A stretch of DNA of 64,000 nucleotides from Halocafeteria seosinensis (Eukaryota): positions 1 through 64,000 of the forward strand of contig LVLI01000165.1 of assembly GCA_001687465.1 (NCBI GenBank), read 5' to 3'. The first letter of the stretch is position 1. The number at the start of each line of letters is the position of its first letter. A model generated the notes under the pieces. That model worked only from the letters and a program-made list of their open reading frames with translations. It had not been told where the DNA came from and did not search any database. Made by a program: the position numbers and the translations under genes. This document shows, in pieces, positions 12,801 through 24,800 of this stretch.

Positions 12801-15800
12801 GACTCTTTGTTTGTTGTAGGCGGTGCTGAAGTACGGTGGGTATCATCATCAACCAACAACAGCACTCTTGACATGCATGAACTTCTTGGCGACTCTACTG
12901 GGAGAATTATTGTTGACAACCACCAAATCGCTAAGGTTGATGAATCTTCGCGAGTTGAGCGAGGTAGCTGGCGTCCATTTTCTCCGGATTCTTTTGTCTT
13001 GGGCGTTGGAATTGACATCTCGCACGGAGGGGTTCTTGAGTTGCCAAACGAACAAGTTGTCGAAATTTCAGACTCTCGTTTAGATCTTGGAGGCACAGTG
13101 TTAGGGATGAAGAGCCTTAATTTATCCAAGGACGCAAAATTTACTTTGAAGCCTCCAGCCACGCGCCTCCTACGTCTTCAGGTGAGTATACTGGATCTTT
13201 CAGGAAATTCCCAATTCGAAATAGATGTTGCAGATGGCATAGATCTCCAAGGGGGTTCGTTACTTTTATGGGATAACGCACGGGCGCATTTTCGCTCTTG
13301 GGAAAATAACCTCACGTTTACGCAGGAAATCGCATTGCACGATGAGTCGTCTATCTCAGTTGCGGGGCGCTCCCTCTTCCGAAGCGAGCACTTCTTCGTT
13401 GATAACAGGGCAGCAATAGACGGAAAAGGAAAGGGTTATTCAGCATGTACAGGCCCAGGTAGCCCCCACGAAAGAGGAATAGGAGGGTCTCATGGGGGAT
13501 TTGGAACGTGGGACGAGAACCGCTATGACAGTGAAAATGAGGCTGCGCGTTATATATATGGAGACATGTTTTTTCCGCAGCAACCCGGTAGTGGAGGCTG
13601 CCCTGTACGTGGTGGCGGCTCTGGTGGATCGCATATTCATGTAACCGCGCATCAATCAGCTGATATCCTTGGAGACATTGACTGCTCCGGCGGGGATGCT
13701 GATTTCTTCTACGAAACGAACAAGTAAGTTTTTCTTCGCGATGCAGTGACTGTCCGTTATAAAATCGCATTTGAACTTCCAACAGATACGGAGGAGGAGC
13801 TGGAGGTAGTGTTCTACTTGAAACGGCACGCCTTATACGAGTTGAGGGAAGTGTTAAGGCTGATGGTGGGGACGGCGATGGGTGCGAGAGAGAAAGAGTA
13901 TATGAAGACGATTTTACACATAACGAATTTTCCTACAATCGGGACTACCAGGAATATGAGTGCCAAGGAGGAGGGGCCGGCAGAATCGCCGTTCACTGTG
14001 ATGCTCTCGGGCCGAAGGGAGCCAATAAAAGCACACCAACCGTTCTAGAACACACTTTTGCGCGTGGTGGTCACAGTGAAGCTTACGACAGGTCAGGAGC
14101 AGGAACTGTATATCTGGATATTGGTGAAAAATATGCCGAAGTACTAAGTGTGGATAATGAGTTCAATCACGACAGCCCGATAACCTGGTTGCTGACGGAG
14201 AATCGCACACTACGCTTGGACACGCTGCGAATAGCTGGCTCATCTCAGGTTCGCTGGGCTTCCCATCCTTGGCAGGCTCATTGGGAGAATACCACCCTTG
14301 CATTGGAACACCTAGATGGCGAAGGGGATAGTAAACTGTTTGTGGGTAAAGAACAGATCCTAGACATGCGTCTTCTGTCTTGCTCAATCGAAACACCAAT
14401 GGAAGGAAGTCAACGCACTCTGAGAGCCAACGTAGAAGTGGAAGCTGGAGGTGTCTTAGGGATTCCCGAAAACGAAGCCTTGCAGGTCGACGACGCTACT
14501 CTAACCATACACGGTAAACTGTTTGGGTCCAATAGTGTGGCCCTCTGGCGAGACGGTTCTGTGAGACTCCATCCTACAGCGCTGACTTCCAGATTCGACT
14601 GGCAGTTGATTAAACTCATGGATACATCTAGTCTCCATATTGATACTGAGGGTGACATATCGCTGGTGGGAAATGAAATTATTCTTAAGGATGAAGCTAG
14701 CTTGCATTTGGAGAGCACTGAAAACCTACATCTCTGGTACAAAGACCTGCTGCTGCAACGCGAAGCAAAGATCAACTTTGATAGTTACCAGGCCAATCTC
14801 TCACTCACGAACTCAGTAAAACTGTATGACAGATCCACGTTGCTTACTCCGAAGTTAATGCATTTGGAAGCTGGACAGTTTTTCATCGGCTCATTGGCGG
14901 AAATAGATGGCCGAGGAAAAGGATATAGTCCTTGCAAAGGACCTGGAAATTCTCGTGACGCTAACGTACACGATGTTGGAATTGGAGGATCCCATGGTGG
15001 CATTGGAACCTGGAGGGACGTAGGTGATGAAATAGGTCAACAATTGACGTATGGTAATCCCTTCTATCCAAGAATGCCGGGAAGCGGGGCATGCTATGGT
15101 GGCTCAGGCGGCTCAAGCGTGCATATAGTAGTTTTCAATGACTGTCAGGTTCTCGGAACCATCGATGTGAGTGGAATTGACGGAGAGTATCATCATTCAA
15201 GGTATGTGATAGAGCAAACATCACTATACATTGCCTTTGAAGGTCACCAGTATTCTTGTACACGGATGCAGAGATGGCGGTGGAGCCGGGGGGAGTTTCC
15301 TGCTTGAAACAACGTGTATGCACACTCTTACCGGCAATATCAAAGCAAACGGTGGAGAAGGAAGAGGGGAGGATTGCTCCTCTTCAGCTGATTGTCAAGG
15401 TGGTGGAGGTGGTAGGATTGCAATCCATTGTGATAGTGGATGCCAAGGTAACAGCACAGGTGAAGTTTCACTGGATGGAGTAGAAGCTCATGGAGGATCA
15501 CCTGAAGATCGTTTTCGACATGGGATGTCGGGTGCCGGAACGGTATATGTTAATTGCAGGTTTCATCGATTAGACATGTTGGTTATGGACAATAGCGCTG
15601 ATGGAGTTAATTATCGGGGATTCACGTACTTATCTCTTGACCCGTCGCGTCCGTTTCCCAATACACTTAGGATCCAGGGCATAGCAAAGGTAAAGACCCG
15701 CTTCGAGGATACCGGCTCTCCAATAAACTCGACTCTACGGATAAACAGTTTGCAAGGAGACTACACTGGGAAGCTAGTAATCAGCGAGGGACAGGTAGTC

Positions 15801-18800
15801 AAAGTGGAGTCATCGTCAACAGCTCTGGACTCCTCCATACCGTCGCCTGCAGGGTCCTTTATATTACCTGTAAGTATGACGATAGGAATAGGCGGCACTC
15901 TCCGTCTGCCCCCGTTGACAAACCTACTGATCTCTGATGTCACCTTGGATCTGAGTGGGTCATTGGAGGGGGTAGTTGCCTTCAATCTCACACGAGAGGG
16001 TTCCTTTGTGCTGAAGCCGCCTTCTCCTGATGTGCATTTACAAATGGATCTAATAGAGCTTCAGGATAAAGCTACTTTTGATGTAGAGGTGAGCAACACA
16101 ATATTGATCCAAGGCAAATCATTCCACGCAAGCGATCAAGCTAGAGTCTATTTTGATACGTTTAACAAAGGCGAAACTAACGTAACTTTCGACGACGAGA
16201 TCCATGTAGATGGTGACGCAGAATTCCGCATTGAAGGACAGAGTGCAGTAGTGAATGCAGCAAACTTACATCTACGTAGTTATGCCATCATGGAGCTAGA
16301 TAACGTGGAGAGTGCTATACTCACTAACAGCACTACAATTGAAGGTGACTCAAAACTTGTAATCCGTGGAGACAACTTCTATTCAGATTGGAGCCATTTC
16401 AGCATCGAAGGAAATGCAGAAACACGGCTTGAGAGCTGGCAGACAAATATAACAAGTAGAGAGACTATTTTCAAAGACAGTTCTTCGGTCTCTATGAATG
16501 GGCGCGTGAAACTCGTAACAGAGCGCTTGTATGTTGGCGAGTCTGTGACAGTCGACGGCAAGGGTCATGGTTACAGTTACTGTCAAGGTCCGTTCGATCC
16601 GGAATCTGCCAGCAGTGTTGTCATGCCTGGATTTGGAGGGACACATGGTGGGATGGGGACCTGGAGAAACGACATAAGTGAAGATGTCGGATTAGCGCTG
16701 ACATACGGAGACTTGTTTTACCCTACAACCCCCGGAGCAGGAGGTTGTGGATGGTGGTACGGTGGTAGTGGTGGTGCTGCTTTGCACGTTGTCACCAACG
16801 ATGCTCGAATATCAGGCTCAATAGATCTCAGTGGCGCAGATGCGGACCCACCCACAACGGATAGTGATAGATTTGGTGGTGGCGCGGGTGGGAGCTTCTT
16901 GCTAGAGAGTGCACATCTTCAGTCATTCACTGCAAACGTCCGAGTTAATGGTGGCGACGGTCAAGGTTGTCATTACGACAACTATCAGGACGACGACTGT
17001 CAAGGCGGTGGAGGGGGGAGAATTGCACTCTACTGTGACGTTTTCGGTTTTGACATAGAACAGCCGAATCATACGTATCCTTCATCAATTGATGGTGATT
17101 GGTTTGAGGCATACGGCGGGAGGGCAGACGATTGGAGCAAACTGTCGGGAGCAGGAACTGTGTTTTTAGCTTGTGAGAATGCAGAGCGCAGAACTTTGTT
17201 GCTGGATAACCGTGAATATGAACCAAAGGGCATTACTTACATTGTTGCTGGGCGTGGTCAATTTTCTTTAGAACATTTAAGGGTTATTAACGGTGCAAAT
17301 GTTCGTTGGACTCCTCAATGCTGTGCTTCTACCGTAAATATCACAACTCTGGATCTAGGATATCTAGAGGGGGATTCAAGCGGCAAAGTTACTGTAACTA
17401 ACGCACAAGAATGGATGGTCCACTACTACTCAGTTAAACTTGAAGACTCGAGAAGCACTTGCAGCTCAGTCGTAGATAACACATTTGCATTAGGGGTTAA
17501 TGTAAAGATAGCAAAAGGAGGAGTTCTTAGTTTCCCTGACGTGAGCTCGCTTCCCATACTGGACACGGAACTTGAATTGGAAGGAGCTCTAGAGGGCATT
17601 CAAATCCTTAATATGTCGAACAGTGGGAGATTCGTCGTTACCGACGCGATCTTGTTTGAAATGAGCGTCATAGATGTATCGTGTCACGCATCGTTCGAGG
17701 TACATGTTTCCGGAAAGCAAGCTGAAACTGGTCTGAAGGGTCAGCAGTTACGTCTACGAGATGAAGGAATCATCGAATTCAACAGCGGTCAGGTGAAAGC
17801 GACATTTTCGGAAGCTATTTCTCTCTATGATCAATCGGCTATGCTTGTGCACAATGAAGTAGTGCTAAGTAGTAGCGACTTCTTTCTAGGTCAAAGAGCG
17901 ATCGTTAAAGGCAAGGGGCAGGGGTATCGCGCTTGCACTGGTCCAGGAAGTGATCCAGATCACGAACACGGGATAGGTGGATCCCACGCAGGTATAGGAA
18001 GTTGGCATCGGGATCTAGATTACGGGTTGTCCGTAGCGTACGGTGACGCGTTTCACCCCAGTTCACCCGGGAGTGGAGGTTGTTCTGAGTCCGCGGCAGA
18101 TGGTTCGGGAGGCGCCAGTTTACAGATTTATTGCCCCCAGTTCGCCAACATCTTGGGCGACATTAATATGGATGGCGAGGATGCAGAACCCTATTCACCC
18201 TCTACAGAACATCGGTAAGTTGCAACGCCAGTAGTTGCGTCCTCGTGAGATGATATTGTAGTGTGCGTTCATGTTATACAGGTTTGGCGGAGGAGCCGGT
18301 GGTAGTTTTCTTATAAAAGCAGGGAATCTGCAAAGGCTCGAAGGAAGAATATCTGCTTCTGGAGGAAAAGGCAAAGGATGTGCGGGCTCGAAGTGGGACG
18401 ATCCCGCTTCGGATGAGTGTGAAGGCGGTGGGGGCGGCCGGATCGCTATATACTGCGATGAATTCGGTTCTCCCCATTCTAACTCTTCCCTTGATGTTCC
18501 TGACGTCAGCAAAGTCAAGACGTATGGCGGCCCCGCAGCAGACCGGCAAAAATCCTCAGGTGCGGGAACTGTGTATATTGATTGCGGACAGCAGTACGTT
18601 AAAACACTAGTTATCGAGGATGAGAAAGGAAGCCATAGCCGCTGGAAGGGCAAGACGTTCTTATTTGACAAGTCCAACTACACTCATATTGAAAGATTGC
18701 GCATCGTGAGCGGAGGAAAGTTGTTCTGGATGGCCGAACCTACTTCCTCCGATATGGGGCAAACCCACAGGATGGTAAACATATCTCGACTAGAGGGAGA

Positions 18801-21800
18801 TCTCACTGGTCAGCTAGGGATCGGTAAGGGAGTGACTTCGGTGGTGCATCACTCCCCAGTGATAGCTACTGTAGATATCCCCAATTACTGTGTGAGCAAC
18901 AACAGCCTCACGCTAAATGTTGATCTCCAGGTGCGTCCGCAGGGGATGTTCAGCCTGTCTGCACCACACAATGTCAAGCTTGTTGGTGTCAACGTCGAAG
19001 TCAATGGTGGCTTCAACGGAGTCCAAAGCCTTTGCATGTCTTCGGAATCGAGTTTCAAAGCATATAATACACCAACACAATCCAGCGACTGGATTAATAT
19101 GCTGTCGCTAACTGTCGCTGAACGCAGTTTGTTCGAAGTTAAAGAGATCGAACACTTGATGGTAGAAGTAGACATGATCAAGATTCACGGAGACAGCACC
19201 TTAAGGCTTTGGGCTTCTGAGTCTCTGACTCTTGTTAGCAGGACATTGAGCATAGAAGATGAATCTTTCCTGCAGTGTCGCTCAGATGGAATCATCAAGC
19301 TGCAAGGCAGTACTTGGGATACCGAGTACGCCCAAGTGGATATTGACGCAACTCAAACACTCGTACATTTTGAAGACCACGTCGTATTGCTTGACAACAG
19401 CGATGTTAGTGTTCATGGAAAGACAAAAGTAAATACGACTTACTTCTACATGGGACAAACAGTGGACCTAGATGGAAAGGGGCATGGGTACGCAGCTTGC
19501 GAGGGCCCCGGAACCACTTCCGACGTCGTAGAGTCATTCCGAGTCGGAGGCTCTCATGGAGGTATTGGCGTCTCAAGAGATGTATCGGCGGCTGCTGGCA
19601 GAAAGCTGACGTACGACTCCGTAGTCTATCCAACTCTTCCTGGCAGCGGTGGGTGTTCGCATTCCTTTGATAGTGGAGCAGGTGGTGCAGCCGTAGAACT
19701 CGAAGTACGGGGACTTACTGAGCTGGATGGGAAAATAGATGTAAGTGGGGAGGATGGGCACCACTCCGAAAGGTACGTACCTAATAGTTTCTTTGGAGTC
19801 TTATCAACTCTGAACTTAACTTGGGTTTTTCGTCGCTGCAGTGGTGGATCCGGAGGGAGTTTTGCTTTGTTCACTACGAAACTTGTTTCTTTCAAGGGCG
19901 AAGTCAAGGCCAATGGTGGAAATGCAAATGGAGACGATCATGAAGATAATCGGTGCCATGGGGAGAGTTGTCCAGGAGGTGGTGGTGGTAGGATCGCCGT
20001 GCATGTTGCTGTTTTCGCAATCAACGACAGTATGTGCCTCAAAAGCGGTGGGATCGAATGCCAAGGTGGAAAAGCGGCAGACGATATGGCAAGGTCTGGG
20101 GCTGGAACAGTTTATCTACAGTGTGGCAGCGAACTCAGCAGGCTGAGCGTGGACAACATTGAAAGTACGGGAACTGATGATATGGGAATGACTTACCTTT
20201 CGAGCAACGTAGACCAGGTCTCTTTCTCGAGCATCCGCGTTGTGCGAGGAGGCAGACTATATGTTGGTGTTGGTTCTGCACCGCCGACCAGCGGGAAAGG
20301 CTCAATCATTACAGCTTCGGTTATTGAAGGAGATGCACATGGTGAGCTCGCGGTAGATGTTAATGTTTCAGTGCTTGTTCAGCGCTCGACCGTATTAGAA
20401 TACCAAGGAGAGGAAAGTCATGGATTTATACCAGTTTCCACATCCTCGAACGGGACTCTCCCTCTGGGGATTAATCTTGACATCCTCCAAGGCGGAACCT
20501 TCGAATTATCTGCTCCGTGGCACATTTCTCTCCAGAGTACCAGAATACGGCTAAGAGGTACACTGAAAGGAGTAGATAGTTTGAACTTATCTAGGGGTGC
20601 CATTTTCAGGGCAATAAACCCTGAGCCACGTTCGAATCAATGGCGAAGTTTGCAATCGTTGCGACTGACAGAGGATTCCGAGTTTCGCGTACAAAATATA
20701 GACAAGTTGCAAATGGATATCAAACGAATTTCTCTGAAGGACAAAAGCTCATTCGATATAACGGGCACGACATCTGCAACCTTACGAATTGAAAGCATGT
20801 GCTTGTCTGGAACAGCGAGTTTTCATGGCTGGGTGAGAAGGAATCTCCGTATTGATGCAACCAGCCTGGTTTTGAGGGAAGACTCCGGGGCTACGTTCGG
20901 CGGGCAAGTGAACAATATAAGCCTCACTAACGGTATTGAATTGCGTTTTCGGGCATACGTCGCTATCCATGGTCAAACGAAAATTATTGCAAGGGACTTG
21001 ACCATGGAAAAAGATGTTCGGATCAACGGTGTTGGACACGGGTTTGAGGAAGCCAAAGGCCCTGGAAGTCCCAAATTAATTGCATCCGAGAATAGTGCGT
21101 GGAAAGGAGGCTCTCATGGTGGAATAGGAAGTTGGAGGACACATGATGTGTCGCTCCTCGCTGAAACTGTAACCTACGACGATCCGAGGAAACCAACTCT
21201 TCCAGGCAGTGGCGGTAGCGGTTCCTTCCGTGGCGCAGGTGGCTCATCTCTACAGTTGGTTATTTCAGAAACGGCTAATGTTAATGGAGATATCGACTTA
21301 AGCGGAGAAGGAACACAGGATTCCGCAAGGTATGTAACTAGTTTTTCGTTGGTTGTCTTCCTCTTAGGTAAACAAGACAAGTTGCAATGAACCACAGGCA
21401 TGGCGCTGGGGCAGGAGGAAGCTTCTTAGTGGAGTCGACCCGAATTGAAGCATTAGGAGCAAGCATCAAAGTAGACGGAGGGGAAGCAGATGACTGTAGT
21501 TCTGTTTCTGATAAGAGAGACTGTGAAGGAGGCGGTGGAGGACGAATTGCGGTGACATGCAGCTCTTTTGGCCCAAATCAGTTGAACCTCAGCAGCTTGC
21601 ACACACTCGATATTTCCAAGTTGTCAGCGCATGGGGGCCTCAGTGCTGATGAAACAACGAGATCTGGAGCGGGAACTATTTATATTGACTGCAGTGAAAA
21701 GTACCATGATGCACTCATAGTGGATGGGGGCGACGATGCAAACCCGGAGAGTGGGGTAACGTTTTTGTTAAGTCAGGGCGACTCTGCAATTGAGTATCGG

Positions 21801-24800
21801 AAACTCGAAATACTGCAGTACGCCAAGATAAATTTTGGCACTGAGGACGGTAGTTCGCCAGAATTGGCAGTCACTGTTACAAACCTTGAGGGTGACATGA
21901 CGGGTCACCTGCAAATTAGAAAGCAGCAAACTGTTGTTGTCACTGCTTCCTCGAATAACGAGCACGGAGGCGGCTCGTTCATGTTTCGTACCAATGTGGA
22001 CGTAGATCCTCAAGGAGTGTTTTCTATCTCCCCAACAACGAATGTAACAGTGCCTGGTGCTACTGTGCGCATTCGTGGACGATTGGAAGGGGTAGACAGT
22101 TTACTCGTAACTGACAAAGGTGATCTGAGTGTGGATCAAGACGAGTCTCCCTCGACGTCCTCGGCATTTTTTGGAGACCTCTCCTCTGTGCAACTATTCT
22201 CCGAGTCGGAGTTTCGGCTGCAAAATTTCGACAACTTAACTATTCAGTGCCCCTTGGTGAGGCTTGCGGAGAGTTCAAAACTCTTCGTCTACTCTGAAGT
22301 CAGTTACAGCCTTGATCTCCAATCTTTATACGTTTCGGATGGATCGCGACTTAATGCGGACGCGGGAAAGGGGTATCTTTTTGCCAAGGAAGTATTCGTT
22401 AAAGATTCTTCAGTACTGAGTCTGGAGGGGACCCAGAGGCAGGATTTTCAGACCCACAGTCTGCAACTTTTCCACACTAGTCACGTCCAACTCGGCGCCA
22501 AGACTTACATCACGATAGTTTCCTCCGCCGAGATATTGGATAGTGCCAGCATGGTGGTCGAAGGGTGCGAGGAGCTGAACAGTCCGGAGGTGATTCTAGG
22601 AGAGGATGCGACGCTGGAGGCACCAAACTGCAACGTTTCCTCTAACGTTTTCCGGAAGGAACCCGATGAAGACGTTATAGCCCCGTCTGCCTCCCCCAGT
22701 GGAACCTCGTCACCATCAGTCTCGTCCACGCCATCATCTTCCGAGAGTGTGACACCTTCACCCCGACCTAGTGAAACGGCGACAGTGTCCTCCACAGCTG
22801 TGAGCACTCCGTCTCCTACATCGACTGGTACTGCCAGCCCCAAGTCTACTCCCAGTAGGACCCCATGGAGACAGCAACTGTATACCCAGTCGACGAAATC
22901 AAGGATATCCGCTTGCAGTCTTAGCAACCAGTACAACTGCATGACAGCGGAGTTCGATGTCTCCATTGCCTCGGTGACGCAGCAGAGTAACGTTACTGCG
23001 GGAAGCATGCAACTTCGCGCCCAGACTATCACTGGCGAGCAGCCAAGCATCGTCTCCAAGTGTGACTCAGTGAATGAAGATCAAGCAGGAATTACCTTTT
23101 ATGGGTGTGCTCCAGAATTCGAAGGCTCCTCCCTTGGAGTTGGACCACCGTTTCAGCTAGTACCAACTATCATATCAAACTCAAGTTGTGCGTCGTGGAC
23201 CGGCCGCAAAGCATGCAGGCTATACTCGTATGATATTGCTATTAAATACCTGCACGATATCAATGAAATGTTGCAAACTCAGAATACGATACTCGAAGGC
23301 ACCGGTGGCTCGAGGCGGTTGCAAGAGGGTTTACTTAACAAGGATAATTCTTCCAGAATTTTAGTGCCTACTAGAGTGGAGATTGCTCTCGATCATGAGG
23401 TGATAACGACACCGAAATTCACTTTGGCGATGCCATTGAGCAACCGGCAGTCTTCGTCGTCGGATGCTAATCGTTTGTTAGATATCACCCCGCAAACTCT
23501 AAACGTAAATATTGGTAGGAGCAGAGGAAGCAATCGACTCGTTAATCGAAGCGTATCCGTTACGTTGGAACCAGATACACATGCTGTTTGGAATATTTCG
23601 AACCAGGCAGCGGCGTATATCTCAATCCCGGAAGTACCTTCTCGGAGCTCTTCATCCAGTATTACCGTAGTGGACGAAGCAATCTCCATAAGGGTCGCAG
23701 ACGTCCCGCTTGGCTCTACCCATGCAACTATTGATGTAACTTTTTTTTCAGAGTCAGATCGGCAAGTCATTAAAAGAAGCCATATAAATGTCTTCCTAGC
23801 ACTGAGACAAGCAAAGCTGGAGCTAGCTATTTCCACTGTTCAACTTTCTCGAAGCCTTTCAGAAGGCCCCTCATACCGCGAAACGAGGATAATAAATGAA
23901 GGCGGCCATAATGCACTCTGGAACGCGACTATCTTCACGGATGAGGGGGCCCAAATCAACGGCAGTGTACTTGGCTGGATGTCAATTCCCACTGCTTCGG
24001 GAAGAATCGAAGCAGATGGAGCGTCTGATATTTCGCTAGTGTTTACCCCAAAAGGAGCACCGAGTGCAGGAGTATTTGCAGCCTGGGTTCTGATTGTGAC
24101 TAACGCCTGGCGAGGAGAAACGGAAGCGCCGCAAAGTGCCCCCCAGACATTTGAAATGCCTAACCCACCAGTGCACTTTTGGGTCCGGGTGGAATTAACA
24201 GTTACATCCATTTACGTCTGTAAGCAGTTTAGCCCTAATACCGCCCTGCAGCCCCTTGATTCTAGAGACTTGTCTCTCAGTGTAGTGAATACCGAATCTT
24301 ACGCGCTTAACGTGGGTTTATCAGATTTTCGTTTGACACGATTCTCGGAAGAAGGAAACGAAACTCAGCGTACTAGAAGTGTAAGCATGGTGAGTCGAGC
24401 AGTAGATCGCAGGATCAATGTCACTAACTGGCTGTCTGTCTCCCCTGCTCAACTGAAACTAAAGCAAGGATCGTCAAGCAGTTTCACAATTCGTCTGAGC
24501 TATCCCTCCAGCGTACTAACCCTGGAAACGAGCCGCGGTGTTACCCATAAAGTTGAGGCTGGACCGTTCGCATTAAACTTCGTGTTGGACGTTTTCTTCG
24601 AAGGTGAACGTATCGGAGAGGCATCATCATCAGTGAGCGAGAGTTTACGGTTTCAGAATGTTCCGGGGCTTGCATTTGCGTCTAATTCCTTCCTTTCGGC
24701 AGATCGCACGAATGCTACTGCCGGAGAATCAGTCGTCGTCCAGGTGAATCTTCGAGATCAATTTGATAGGGGGCCTGCGATAGCGAGGTTTCGTGGGATC

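Noticed and set aside
4179..21390. Reading the tandem ORFs as a bacterial-style operon, frameshifted pseudogene or stop-codon readthrough system
   Set aside because: Every break coincides with a canonical GT...AG intron that restores the frame, and many stops are simply the TAA in GTAAGT.
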